Origin: a bacterium
GTDB taxonomy: Bacteria > Patescibacteriota > Doudnabacteria > UBA920
DNA: 64,000 bases
Direction of reading: 5' to 3'
NCBI GenBank assembly: GCA_016699995.1
Contig: CP064996.1
Location: 202,357 to 266,356 of the forward strand
A program made the position numbers and the translations under genes. Of the stretch, positions 19,054-28,524 are shown piece by piece. The notes under the pieces are model-generated. The model had not been told where the DNA came from. It searched no databases and saw only the letters and a list, made by a program, of their open reading frames with translations. Every line of letters starts with the position of its first letter. Positions within the stretch are counted from its first letter, which is position 1.

Positions 19054-19513
19054 TTTTATTATCATCCCCGCAATTATTATTGCTACTTCGTACTTTGGAG
19101 TCAGATATGCCAAGCAGGGTTTAAAGACTTGGTACGCGCATCTTAAAAAACCGAAGTGGACCCCGACCGGAAAAATCATCGGCGAGATATGGACTTTTCT
19201 GTACGTCATTACTGGTTTTGCAGTGATGTGGTTTTGGAACGTACCCGTTTTTAGTTTTTGGCATTTTATTGTAGGCGCCTTAATGCTGACTAACGCTTAT
19301 CTGAATGCAACCTGGAATAAAGTTTTCTTCATAGAACACAATTTTAAAAAAGCATACAAGCATATGATTATCATGAACATCACGGCTATTGCTGCAGCTG
19401 TAATCATGATTTTCATAGCTCCTATCGCAGCTGTTCTGATGCTGCCGTACATTATCTGGGTATTCATTGCTACTAAACTGGAAAAAGAGGTTTGGCAGAT
19501 GAATAAAAAATAA
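19043..19513 (+). CDS. TspO/MBR-family tryptophan-rich membrane protein
   Basis: 156 aa, 5 TM; N-terminal LKKPKWTP...W-rich helices typical of TspO. Confidence 0.6.
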   Translation: MKFNFIIIPAIIIATSYFGVRYAKQGLKTWYAHLKKPKWTPTGKIIGEIWTFLYVITGFAVMWFWNVPVFSFWHFIVGALMLTNAYLNATWNKVFFIEHNFKKAYKHMIIMNITAIAAAVIMIFIAPIAAVLMLPYIIWVFIATKLEKEVWQMNKK

Positions 19514-19567
19514 TTAAGTTTACTTCACTGGCATATACTTGCTGCGCAGGCATTCATTTTGCAAAAC

Positions 19568-19599
19568 AAAAAACTGCTTCTATTCGGAAGCAGTTTTTT
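19568..19599. terminator. bidirectional Rho-independent terminator
   Basis: A6-ctgcttc-tattcg-gaagcag-T6; serves the convergent TspO-like (+) and rpmB (-) genes. Confidence 0.6.
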
Positions 19600-19789
19600 A
19601 AGCGGCTACTTTAGCGACCTTTTTGGTTTTCGCTTTAATGCAGCGTGTGCAAGCCTTAACTCTATTATTGCTGTCGTCGCGAGTCCATTGCAAGTTAGCT
19701 TTGAGTCGGACGATAGAAGCGCGCATACTGTGCGAACGCTTCACGGTTTTAGAGTAAGTCTTGCCGCAAATGGTACACATTCTTGGCAT
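19598..19789 (-). CDS. rpmB: 50S ribosomal protein L28
   Basis: Table ORF 19598..19813; likely start MPRM/MCTICGK. CxxC...SHS...CxxC pattern and K/R-rich composition match L28. Confidence 0.7.
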   Translation of the reverse strand: MPRMCTICGKTYSKTVKRSHSMRASIVRLKANLQWTRDDSNNRVKACTRCIKAKTKKVAKVAA

Positions 19790-19908
19790 ATAAAATCCTA
19801 TATATTTCCGCAAAATAAACCTTGTGCGGAATTAAGCTTTAAATTAAATACTTGTTAAGTATATACTATTGTGTTATATTTGGCAATACCTTAGAGGGGG
19901 AAAGATAT

Positions 19909-20259
19909 ATGAATATTGGGGAATATGCGCTTTTGATTTTAATTTTGGCGATTTACGCCATCCCAAAGGCTATGATGTCGGCGTGGATCGTGCTGGTCAT
20001 CAGGGATATAGCCGAGAATTTTACTCAAGTTTTTCCCAGACCAGACACGCTTAAAGGCAAGTTTAAGGAGCTGTTTGGCCTGGCAAAAGGCATGTATCTC
20101 CCAGTATTTGTCACGCTCCTGGTAGGTTTATCTTTGTATGAATATGTACATCCTTTCGTGGTTGTCGTTGTGGCCGCTGGAGTGATCCCAGTAGCGGTGT
20201 TCTGGAAAAAAAGACGCGAATATATTGAATCAATGCTGAATGGTTCAACAACGAATTAA
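19909..20259 (+). CDS. hypothetical membrane protein
   Basis: Start trimmed to ATG 19909 (MNIGEYALL) preceded by agagggggaaag RBS; about 3 TM. Confidence 0.35.
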   Translation: MNIGEYALLILILAIYAIPKAMMSAWIVLVIRDIAENFTQVFPRPDTLKGKFKELFGLAKGMYLPVFVTLLVGLSLYEYVHPFVVVVVAAGVIPVAVFWKKRREYIESMLNGSTTN

Positions 20260-20328
20260 CAGTCCTAACTTGGGCTGTTTTTATTTTTCTAAAAATTCAT
20301 TTCTCTTAACATATGCTAAAATACAAGC

Positions 20329-20934
20329 ATGGAAATTTTGATTACATTAGTTATATTGCTTTTTTCGGCGATCGTTCACGAAGTTAGTCATGGCTTAATG
20401 GCGGAAAAATTAGGAGACAGTACTGCTCGGGATGAAGGGCGTATTACCCTAAATCCAATTCCTCATATTGATCCGTTTGGCTCCATTATGCTGCCCGCGC
20501 TCTTGCTATTTGTCGGTAGTCCGATTGTATTTGGTGCGGCCAAGCCAGTACCGGTTGACTTTAACAATCTCCATCCGCGCCGGTTAGGGATGGCATTAGT
20601 GTCTTTATCGGGGCCGCTGAGCAATTTAATCCTCGCAGTATTGTTTATGCTGCCAGTAAAATTCGGATTGGTAGATGGAGTAATGGCGGAGATCTGGTTA
20701 AAGGCTGTGCTGATTAATCTTGTATTGGCAGTGTTTAACATATTGCCGATTCCTCCGTTGGATGGAAGTAAAATTGTCGCTTCGGTGTTGCCGGATAACA
20801 TTATGTACAAACTGCTGGAACTAGAAAGATTTGGATTTGTCTTGGTTATTATATTCTTGTTCTTAGGCATATTGGAAAAGATATTGCTGCCGGTTGTCAC
20901 GCTGTTTTTCCGACTTTTTGGGGTTACTTTCTAG
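20329..20934 (+). CDS. Peptidase M50 (site-2 protease-like) family membrane metalloprotease
   Basis: 201 aa; HExxH in TM1 (VHEVSHGL) and downstream LDG motif (PPLDGSK). Confidence 0.7.
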   Translation: MEILITLVILLFSAIVHEVSHGLMAEKLGDSTARDEGRITLNPIPHIDPFGSIMLPALLLFVGSPIVFGAAKPVPVDFNNLHPRRLGMALVSLSGPLSNLILAVLFMLPVKFGLVDGVMAEIWLKAVLINLVLAVFNILPIPPLDGSKIVASVLPDNIMYKLLELERFGFVLVIIFLFLGILEKILLPVVTLFFRLFGVTF

Positions 20935-20961
20935 AATAAAACTTATTTGAAATAAAAAAAT

Positions 20962-20991
20962 GCCCGAACCATTCTTGCGAAAGGTTCGGGC
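20962..20991. terminator. hairpin terminator (A-run upstream, so mainly serves the minus-strand gene at 21013-21906)
   Basis: A7-gcccgaacc-...-ggttcgggc stem-loop. Confidence 0.5.
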
Positions 20992-21012
20992 AAAGTATTT
21001 ATAAGCAGTTTG

Positions 21013-21906
21013 TTAGTGGGTGATCGCCGCGCGAATGGCCGTGGAGTGGCCTCGTTCCACGAGTGTTCTGATGTCCATCACCGGAAACGTTCCGGTGTGG
21101 TTCTTGCATTCCGCCGGCTTCTCGTTTCGGCGGAAAAACGTGTAGATGTAGTCCTCTACAGGGACCACAGTTTTTCTCGGAAGCCTCTTGAGTGCCACCG
21201 TTGTCAGTTCTAGCTCTTCAGCTTCGAACTGGGCCTTGGCTTCCGGCAGCCACCTTCTCAGAGCAGTGTTCTGCTGCTGCTCGAGTACTCCCGACGGTTG
21301 CCGGCGATAGCCGGCAAGCTCGCGGCCAATGGCCTTTGCGACACGTTCGATAACGGTGTCGTTCTTGCCGCCGAGCTTTTCGTAGCCCGAACGGACCACG
21401 ATACTCTCGACGAACCAGCGACCTCTGCGATTTTCGAACACCATCACGGCGATGGCTTCGTTTTTGCCAACGACCTTCTGGTCGTAAACGACCTTGCCGT
21501 CATTCGTGAAGACGACCAGATCCTGGTCCTTTCCGGCTTTGATCGCGTCGTTGTGCTTGGCCAAAATATTCTGGCTCAGCGACGTCCGGGCGATCTCGCG
21601 TCGGATAGGCGAGTTGCCGTATCGCGACGGTCCAGCGATGACGATCATCTGACCGCATTCATCAATGCGGAGCACGTCGTCTTGCCGGAGCACGGCCGTA
21701 TTGTCGAGTGCCTCGATGTTGTCGTGGCACTTTACAAAGAAATTCCCTGTTGTGCCGGCATTCGGCACGATCTCGATCTCCGGGAACTCGACTATTTCCC
21801 CGGTCCGGGTCGTTGTCTTCGGGTAGAATACTCCCGTGAGGCCGATGAACTCGACCCCGATGATGTAAATAACTTCCAGCCCTTTACTAAACATTCCTTT
21901 CTTCAT
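21013..21906 (-). CDS. hypothetical protein encoded on a high-GC islet
   Basis: Table ORF 21013..21990; likely start ATG 21906 (MKKGMFSK) with aggagaaaag RBS. Local GC is 55-63% versus about 40% in flanks. No recognisable domain. Confidence 0.5.
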   Translation of the reverse strand: MKKGMFSKGLEVIYIIGVEFIGLTGVFYPKTTTRTGEIVEFPEIEIVPNAGTTGNFFVKCHDNIEALDNTAVLRQDDVLRIDECGQMIVIAGPSRYGNSPIRREIARTSLSQNILAKHNDAIKAGKDQDLVVFTNDGKVVYDQKVVGKNEAIAVMVFENRRGRWFVESIVVRSGYEKLGGKNDTVIERVAKAIGRELAGYRRQPSGVLEQQQNTALRRWLPEAKAQFEAEELELTTVALKRLPRKTVVPVEDYIYTFFRRNEKPAECKNHTGTFPVMDIRTLVERGHSTAIRAAITH

Positions 21907-22233
21907 TTTCTTTTCTCCTGGGCAGTGCCCTTCAAAAACCAAAAATGGTGGACGGCGGCCTCGTTGGCCTTTGTCCGCTGCGGGGCGCAAAAGCGCTGTG
22001 TGGAAGCAAACCTAATAAACTGCTTGTAAATGTGCATCAACCCCAGACTATTACCGTGCTGGGTCTGGAATAAACCAGTAAACTCAGCACAATTAAAGCC
22101 ATTTAAGGTTAACTGGAAATTATAGCATAAAATATCAATTTTGTCAATACCCAACAATATGTGATATTTATCGACTTCGATTATTGGTTTAAGTATGTGT
22201 TTCTTTGTAAATCAGGAATTTTTATTTATTCCC

Positions 22234-22262
22234 TTGCATTTATTCATCGAAATAGGTATAAT
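22234..22262 (+). promoter_or_regulatory. sigma70-like promoter upstream of rpsL
   Basis: TTGCAT, 17-nt spacer, TATAAT. Confidence 0.5.
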
Positions 22263-22377
22263 TTCCATACAATTCGTTAGAAGCCCCTAACTTAAGGAAT
22301 TACCGACACATTTGTCGCTCAATTGGGAATTAACTGGCACAGGCTTCGTCAGAGTACCAAGACAGCGAACCGTAGAG

Positions 22378-22404
22378 ACTGACTCTAAGGTCAGTTTTTG
22401 TTTT
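22378..22404 (+). promoter_or_regulatory. terminator-like hairpin inside the rpsL leader (possible attenuator)
   Basis: actgac-tctaag-gtcagt followed by TTTTTGTTTT, about 70 nt before the rpsL start. Confidence 0.4.
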
Positions 22405-22474
22405 GTAAATTAATGGGCGCGGCCGGCAATTTTGCCAGCTGCACGTGTCAGTCCACAGAAAGGTCATTCAGTAA

Positions 22475-22900
22475 ATGCCAACTATTAACCAATTGGTACG
22501 TAAGCCTCGCAAACCGCTTACTACCAAAAGCGCATCTCCGGCATTGCAACGCCGTCAGAACTTGATCAAGAACAAGACTTTGTTCATCAAGACCGGCAGC
22601 CCGTTTATGCGCGGCGTGTGTTTGAAGGTTTATACCTCCACACCAAAAAAGCCAAACTCGGCTTTGCGTAAGATTGCAAAAGTTAAGTTGACTAACGGCA
22701 TGGAAGTTTTAGCTTACATCCCAGGAGTTGGTCACAACTTGCAGGAACACAGTGTAGTCATGATCCGTGGCGGACGTGTAAAAGATTTACCAGGTGTTCG
22801 CTACCACATTGTTCGAGGTAAACTCGACACCTTAGGCGTTGAAGGTCGAAAACGCTCTCGCAGTAAGTACGGAACCAAGCGTCCGTCTGCCGCTGCTTAA
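22475..22900 (+). CDS. rpsL: 30S ribosomal protein S12, with a ~17-aa N-terminal insertion
   Basis: [10 protein letters not shown]...[10 protein letters not shown]...GHNLQEHS...KDLPGVRYH conserved. Confidence 0.95.
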   Translation: MPTINQLVRKPRKPLTTKSASPALQRRQNLIKNKTLFIKTGSPFMRGVCLKVYTSTPKKPNSALRKIAKVKLTNGMEVLAYIPGVGHNLQEHSVVMIRGGRVKDLPGVRYHIVRGKLDTLGVEGRKRSRSKYGTKRPSAAA

Positions 22901-22956
22901 TAACTTTGCCGTCGCTATATAAGCGCTCGGCATAAATTCAGAAAGGAAAAACTAAC

Positions 22957-23469
22957 ATGCCACGAAGAGCAAGAAGTTTTGAAAAACGAACCCCAGAACC
23001 AGATCCAAAGTTTAGCAGCGTAAAGTATGCTAAGTTCATCAACTACTTGATGGAACGCGGCAAGAAGAGCGTATCTCAGAGAATCTTTTACACTGCCTTG
23101 GATTTAGTAGAAGAAAAAATGAAGAAAGAAAAGGATGCCGAAGTTACTGATCCACGTCAGGTCTTCGACATTGCGTTAAAGAATGTTTCTCCAATTATGG
23201 AAATCAAAGGTCGCCGTATTGGTGGTTCTAACTATCAGGTTCCAATGGAAGTTCAAGAACCACGCCGCACCGCACTTGGAATGAAATGGATGATTGCCGC
23301 AGCACGTGCTCGCAAGGGTGCGCCTATGGCTACTAAACTAGCCCAGGAAGTTGTTGATGCTTTCAATAAATTGGGCGCTGCAGTAAAGAAGCGCGAAGAT
23401 ACTCACCGTATGGCTGAAGCCAACAAAGCGTTTGCTCACTTTGCAAGATTTGGAAGCAAGAGGAAGTAG
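22957..23469 (+). CDS. rpsG: 30S ribosomal protein S7
   Basis: 170 aa; S7 blocks throughout. Confidence 0.95.
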   Translation: MPRRARSFEKRTPEPDPKFSSVKYAKFINYLMERGKKSVSQRIFYTALDLVEEKMKKEKDAEVTDPRQVFDIALKNVSPIMEIKGRRIGGSNYQVPMEVQEPRRTALGMKWMIAAARARKGAPMATKLAQEVVDAFNKLGAAVKKREDTHRMAEANKAFAHFARFGSKRK

Positions 23470-23523
23470 TAGGGAAATAAAAAAGGCGTCCTAAATTTTA
23501 GAACGCACTTTTAGACAAACCAC

Positions 23524-23739
23524 TTATGAAGTTTTATGCTCACCAAGTTGGATGTAATTAGTTAAACAGATGTCAGTATAGTGTTCAGGAGCTCGTCTCC
23601 GGATTTCACTTTCCATCTCGACCACTTGCTCAAACTTTTCCACCATACCGTTTGTGATGACCACTGCTTTCCCGTAATTAACGAAGGCTATTCTGCGCTT
23701 GCTTCTGAATGTGTAGAATACGCAGTAATTATATTTCAT
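23524..23739 (-). CDS. small hypothetical protein antisense within the rpsG-fusA spacer
   Basis: 71-aa ORF; no motif recognised. Confidence 0.25.
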   Translation of the reverse strand: MKYNYCVFYTFRSKRRIAFVNYGKAVVITNGMVEKFEQVVEMESEIRRRAPEHYTDICLTNYIQLGEHKTS

Positions 23740-23829
23740 TTATTTCCCTCCTGTTCAGTTGAACATCAAACTATATCTAATTTGACCAAAACAGTCAATA
23801 TCAATTAAAAATCCATTAAATAATTAAAA

Positions 23830-25959
23830 ATGCCTAGAGAATATCCAATAGAAGCGACCCGTAATATCGGGATTATCGCTCACATCGATGCCGGCAAAAC
23901 TACAACTACCGAAGGTATCTTGTACAACACCGGCATGATCCACAAGATCGGCGCAGTGCACGAAGGTGAAACTGTAACCGACTGGATGGAACAAGAACGC
24001 GAACGCGGTATCACTATTACTTCTGCGGCCGTAACTTGTTACTGGAAGCCTCAATATATTAAGATTGAGGATTCGAACATCCCAGAATACAAAATCAACA
24101 TTATCGACACGCCTGGTCACGTAGACTTTACTGTAGAAGTAGAGCGTTCTTTGCGCGTGCTCGATGGTGCAATCACTGTATTCGACGGAAAGATGGGCGT
24201 AGAGCCCCAGTCCGAAACCGTGTGGCGCCAGGCCGACAAGTACGGCGTGCCTCGCATGTGCTTTATTAACAAAATCAACCAAACCGGCGGCGACTTTTAT
24301 AAGTCTTTAGATTCTATCCACACACGTTTAACTAAGAACGCGTTTCCTGTTCAGTTGCCAATCGGTTTCGAAAAAGACATTGTCGGTGTCGTCGACTTGG
24401 TAACAATGAAGTCTTACACCTATAAGGATTACACAGACAAAGAATTTACTATTGGCGAAGTTCCAGCAGACATGCAGGAAAAGTGCGAAAAGTATCGCCA
24501 GGAATTAATTGAAAAAGTTGTTGAATTCGACGAAGCCATGATGGAAAAATATCTTGGCGGCGAAGCTTTAACAGAGGATGAATTGTTAAAGACCATCCGT
24601 AAGGCTGTACAGAGCGGTGAATTCTTCCCAGTATTCGGCGGTGACGGCCGTGGTATTATCGTGCGTACATTATTGGACGCTGTTGGAAACTTCTTGCCAA
24701 GCCCAACCGATAAAGGTGCTGTTAAAGGCCACAACCCAAAGACCGGCGAAGAGTTGGAACGCAACGCTAAGGATGAAGAACCCTTTACTGCATTGGCTTT
24801 CAAAATTGCCACTGATCCTTTTGTGGGTCGCTTGGCTTTCTTCCGCGTTTACTCTGGTACTTTGCAAGCTGGCAGTTATGTGCTCAATGCTCGTACTGGC
24901 AACAAAGAACGCGTCGGGCGTATCGTACGTATGCGCGCGGATCAGCGTGATGAGGTAAAAGAAGTATTTGCTGGCGACATTTGTGCGTTGGTAGGTCCGA
25001 AAGAAACTATTACTGCCGACACTTTGTGTGCCGAAAATGCTCCGATCGAATTAGAAAAGATCAAATTCGCAGATCCGGTTATTAGCATGGCGATCGAGCC
25101 AAAGACTAAAGCTGACCAGGAAAAAATGGGTATTGCTTTGCAAAAGCTTGCCGAAGAAGATCCAACCTTTAAAGTCTCTTCCAACGAAGAAACCCAGCAG
25201 ACAATTATTGCTGGTATGGGCGAACTTCACTTGGAAATTTTAGTAGACCGCATGAAGCGCGAATTTAAAGTAGAAGCTAATGTAGGTAAGCCAGAAGTAG
25301 CCTTTAAGGAATCCTTCAAGAAGATGGCGACTGCAGAAGTTAAGTATATCCGTCAATCCGGTGGTCGTGGTCAGTATGGTCACGTGTACTTGCGTGTCGA
25401 ACCTCTCGAACCAGGTTCTGGTTACAAATTTATCGACGAAATTGTTGGTGGTGTAATTCCAAAAGAATACATCAAACCAATTGATAAAGGTATTCAAGAA
25501 TCTGCTGCAAACGGTGTAATCGCTGGTTATCCATTGGTGGACTTCTCAGCCGCGGTTTACGACGGTAGCTATCACGAAGTTGATTCTTCCGAAATGGCCT
25601 TCAAAATCGCTGCATCTAAGTGTTTGCAAGAAGCCGTTAAGAAAGGTGATCCAATCTTGCTCGAACCGGTGATGAAAGTTGTAGTTACAACTCCAGAAGC
25701 AAATATGGGTGACGTAATCGGTGATTTAAACTCCAAGCGCGCTAAGATCCAGGATATGGAAGACATTACCGGCCGCAAGGTGGTTACTGCTTTCGTACCG
25801 TTGGCCGAAATGTTCGGTTACGCAACTCAATTGCGTTCCTTAACTCAAGGCCAGGCATCTAGTATCATGGAATTCGATCATTACGAAGAAGTTCCAAAGA
25901 ACGTTGCTAACACTATTATTGAATCTCGCGCGGGCATGAATGTTCGTAAGGGGCAATAG
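23830..25959 (+). CDS. fusA: Elongation factor G
   Basis: 709 aa; G1-G5 GTPase motifs ([18 protein letters not shown]) and EF-G domains II-V. Confidence 0.97.
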   Translation: MPREYPIEATRNIGIIAHIDAGKTTTTEGILYNTGMIHKIGAVHEGETVTDWMEQERERGITITSAAVTCYWKPQYIKIEDSNIPEYKINIIDTPGHVDFTVEVERSLRVLDGAITVFDGKMGVEPQSETVWRQADKYGVPRMCFINKINQTGGDFYKSLDSIHTRLTKNAFPVQLPIGFEKDIVGVVDLVTMKSYTYKDYTDKEFTIGEVPADMQEKCEKYRQELIEKVVEFDEAMMEKYLGGEALTEDELLKTIRKAVQSGEFFPVFGGDGRGIIVRTLLDAVGNFLPSPTDKGAVKGHNPKTGEELERNAKDEEPFTALAFKIATDPFVGRLAFFRVYSGTLQAGSYVLNARTGNKERVGRIVRMRADQRDEVKEVFAGDICALVGPKETITADTLCAENAPIELEKIKFADPVISMAIEPKTKADQEKMGIALQKLAEEDPTFKVSSNEETQQTIIAGMGELHLEILVDRMKREFKVEANVGKPEVAFKESFKKMATAEVKYIRQSGGRGQYGHVYLRVEPLEPGSGYKFIDEIVGGVIPKEYIKPIDKGIQESAANGVIAGYPLVDFSAAVYDGSYHEVDSSEMAFKIAASKCLQEAVKKGDPILLEPVMKVVVTTPEANMGDVIGDLNSKRAKIQDMEDITGRKVVTAFVPLAEMFGYATQLRSLTQGQASSIMEFDHYEEVPKNVANTIIESRAGMNVRKGQ

Positions 25960-25994
25960 TAACAATGGTGGCGATTATAGCTGCAAATATAAAA

Positions 25995-26020
25995 ACCGCT
26001 CCGTATGGGGCGGTTTTTTT
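25995..26020 (+). terminator. Rho-independent terminator after fusA
   Basis: accgc-tccgtatgg-gcggt plus T7. Confidence 0.6.
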
Positions 26021-26021
26021 A

Positions 26022-26050
26022 TTGTTTATTTTTCTACCTCCTGTTATAAT
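26022..26050 (+). promoter_or_regulatory. sigma70-like promoter for the gene at 26074
   Basis: TTGTTT, 17 nt, TATAAT, then aggagga RBS. Confidence 0.4.
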
Positions 26051-26073
26051 GAGCCGACCAGCTAGGAGGACAT

Positions 26074-26763
26074 ATGGACGAAGATTTTGTAGAGAGCGAT
26101 GAAACCAGTTTGATTGCAGCTTTGGATAGTAGTAAAATTGCAATCGGCCCTGCCGTGAGCAAGGATGTAGAGAAGATCAAATTCTCAAAAAGTTTTTTTG
26201 AGCGTTTGATCAAGACGTTGGTCGGATTACTGTTTTTTGCGGCAGTAACGGGCGTGATATTTTTTGCTCATTGGTTGAGTCAAACGCCGCTGCATACTCT
26301 TGATAATGTAATCATTATTGCGATGATCGTTATGACCTTTGCGATGACTTACAAATTCACCTGGGATCACTCTAAAATTAACAAAACCCAGGAAGAAATT
26401 AAAGACAAGCTTTTTACTACCGTGGCAATACCGCTCGCGAATTCTATCGAAAATCATAATTCCAGAGTTCAGGAGTTGATCGATATAGTTAATATTCAAT
26501 CTGCGTTTGATGAAACCGGAGAGAATACTAAACTACTTGTCGAGCGGATTCATGAAAAACTTCCTGTGATACAAGCCAACCGTGAAAGACTCGAGCGCAT
26601 TCACAGTAAGTACGAGGACATTCGCGGAGCTCATAAAAACACAATCGCCAGTCTTCAGCTGACTATTTCTGATGATGCATTATTGTCTTCTGAAGAAATG
26701 GAGTTGAATCATTTGGCCGAGGTTGTTAACGGTAGCGTTCAATTGCAAACTCGCAATGGGTAG
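26074..26763 (+). CDS. hypothetical membrane protein (2 TM plus coiled-coil C-terminus)
   Basis: 229-aa ORF with strong RBS. Confidence 0.4.
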   Translation: MDEDFVESDETSLIAALDSSKIAIGPAVSKDVEKIKFSKSFFERLIKTLVGLLFFAAVTGVIFFAHWLSQTPLHTLDNVIIIAMIVMTFAMTYKFTWDHSKINKTQEEIKDKLFTTVAIPLANSIENHNSRVQELIDIVNIQSAFDETGENTKLLVERIHEKLPVIQANRERLERIHSKYEDIRGAHKNTIASLQLTISDDALLSSEEMELNHLAEVVNGSVQLQTRNG

Positions 26764-26890
26764 CCTTGATAAGGCAATTTTTAAGAGACAGTGTCGGAAC
26801 ATGACCGGCACTTTTTATTTAGTTTAAATAATTATTCTTGATTGATGGTAGTAACTATGTTAGTATTGGTAGTCATAAACAGGAGGACTT

Positions 26891-27438
26891 ATGAAAAAGT
26901 ACAAACATGCTTATATAGTCGGGCGCATGTGCCCCATGCATCTTGGCCATCGGAGGTTGATTCGATCTATGATCGATGAGTTCGGCTATAGGAACAGTCT
27001 ACTGCTCATTGGTAGCTGTAATGAGCCCCAGAGTTATCGAAATATCTTCGATTACATTCAGCGTCGGAGCTTTGTAAAAAAGTTTTCCCAAAATTACGCA
27101 TACAGGGTTTGCCGGATTTTAAGCCGCGCAACGATCTCTGGGAACAGCAGACCACTGACGTGCTGGTTAACTGCGGCTTTGATCCAGAGAAAACCATCTT
27201 ATATACCGGATCAATGGAAGACAGTGAAGTCTCTATTAAATATGGCAGGGAAGTGCTTTCTGTTGATAGGTACAGTAAAAAGCTTTCTATAGTGCAGGGC
27301 TTGTCTGCGTCTATGGTGCGGGACGCGCTTACCAAGAACGCTTCCGTCGAAGAAATTGCCGAGCTGGTAGGCGATGATATAGCTGAGGATGTGATTTCAG
27401 CTTTCCACTCCAGCTGGGGTATTTTTACTAAAACTTAA
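26891..27438 (+). CDS. Archaeal-type/NadM-like nicotinamide-nucleotide adenylyltransferase, reading frame broken at an A6 run (27076-27081)
   Basis: N-terminal piece (26891..) has IVGRMCPMHLGH (the HxGH motif) and LLLIGS. The C-terminal piece (frame 1 from 27082, table ORF 27109..27438) has LPDF...NDLW and LSASMVRDAL (ISSTxIR-like). One extra A would rejoin them into about 180 aa. Confidence 0.55.
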
Positions 27439-27473
27439 AATATGGTGTCGTAATATATGCGGCACTTTTTTAT

Positions 27474-27995
27474 TTGCCAAGAATACCTCGGAGGATTATA
27501 GTATGGAGTATGGATATCAAAGATTTATTGCAATTAGCAGGTAAAAATGGGAAAGTCATTATCGTAAATGAAGACGGGGAAGTTAAAGGTGTGTTTTTAT
27601 CTGAGGGTCAGTATGCTGGTTTAACTCCGAAGAACGGGGTAGGGGATAAGATTGCTGTTCCTGCATTAGATCCTGAGGTTGTGAATAGAGAAATTTTGCA
27701 GGCTCAGCTAAGCGATAATGTAGACTTGGATAATAAAAATTTGGAAACTATTGCGCCTGTTAATCCAATACATATGTATTCACCCCCTTCACCAATAAAA
27801 AATATTTTAGCGCGCCGCGCGAGGGATTTATTTGTCTCCTCTCCATATGGTCGCCAGGAGCCGCCTGAATATGATATGCGCGAAGAGGTAATGGATCCTA
27901 CTTTTGGCCAACCTCCAATAATGCAAACTCCGTCAGCCTCGCCAATGGTAGAAGATTCGGATGAGGAGATCAAACCCAACTTTGACGATATATAA
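27474..27995 (+). CDS. hypothetical protein
   Basis: 173-aa ORF (alternative start MDIKDLL at 27510); acidic C-terminus. Confidence 0.35.
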   Translation: MPRIPRRIIVWSMDIKDLLQLAGKNGKVIIVNEDGEVKGVFLSEGQYAGLTPKNGVGDKIAVPALDPEVVNREILQAQLSDNVDLDNKNLETIAPVNPIHMYSPPSPIKNILARRARDLFVSSPYGRQEPPEYDMREEVMDPTFGQPPIMQTPSASPMVEDSDEEIKPNFDDI

Positions 27996-28031
27996 TTTAG
28001 TTGCTGCATAACATGCAAAGGCAAAATGAAA

Positions 28032-28058
28032 ACGCGAACATCATGTTCGCGTTTTTTT
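28032..28058 (+). terminator. Rho-independent terminator
   Basis: acgcgaaca-tca-tgttcgcgt plus T7. Confidence 0.6.
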
Positions 28059-28067
28059 AAAAAGAAA

Positions 28068-28095
28068 AGCGCAGGTCCTAAATTGAACCTGCGCT
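28068..28095 (-). terminator. Rho-independent terminator for the minus-strand genes
   Basis: agcgcaggt...acctgcgct hairpin with T-run on the minus strand. Confidence 0.5.
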
Positions 28096-28116
28096 GTTTA
28101 AGTTGTACGTGCCTAT

Positions 28117-28401
28117 TTACTGCACGCATCGACCGACTGGCTCGGTAACGACCCAGTAGCCGAGGGTTTGTCCGTGTGGGGTTGCTGAATCGTCAGCGAT
28201 GCTGATTATTCGGAGCTGAGGTCTTTCCTTCCGGAATTTTACCAACTCGTCGTTGAAGTTTTTCTTTACAACATCGAAATAGAACACGCCCTCTCCTTTG
28301 TCGATTATCGCTGGCTTATTTTCCTCCGATGAATTGACGACCGGACCTGAACTGCACTGATCGGCGTACAGAGCCATAAATACCACCAAAAATATCTTCA
28401 T
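28117..28401 (-). CDS. small secreted hypothetical protein (signal peptide)
   Basis: 94 aa; N-terminal hydrophobic leader; in the higher-GC segment. Confidence 0.4.
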   Translation of the reverse strand: MKIFLVVFMALYADQCSSGPVVNSSEENKPAIIDKGEGVFYFDVVKKNFNDELVKFRKERPQLRIISIADDSATPHGQTLGYWVVTEPVGRCVQ

Positions 28402-28524
28402 GTTGCTCTTCTCCTTCTAGTCGAGCTGCTGTTAAACGGCAGCGACAGTATTGGCCTCCTGCATTTCCTCGATCTCCGCTTCGTTGCGGAATTCGAGCCA
28501 TACGTCGAGTCTCCGCGTAACTTC

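Noticed and set aside
19559-19858. 99-aa + strand ORF
   Set aside because: Antisense to rpmB (L28), which has clear family motifs; it spans the terminator; spurious.
21298-22029. 243-aa + strand ORF antisense to the high-GC gene, and 84-aa ORF 21903-22157 (-)
   Set aside because: Asp/Arg/Leu/Val-rich composition typical of antisense translation of high-GC DNA. No RBS. The minus-strand gene has a clean RBS and start. Kept only the minus-strand CDS.
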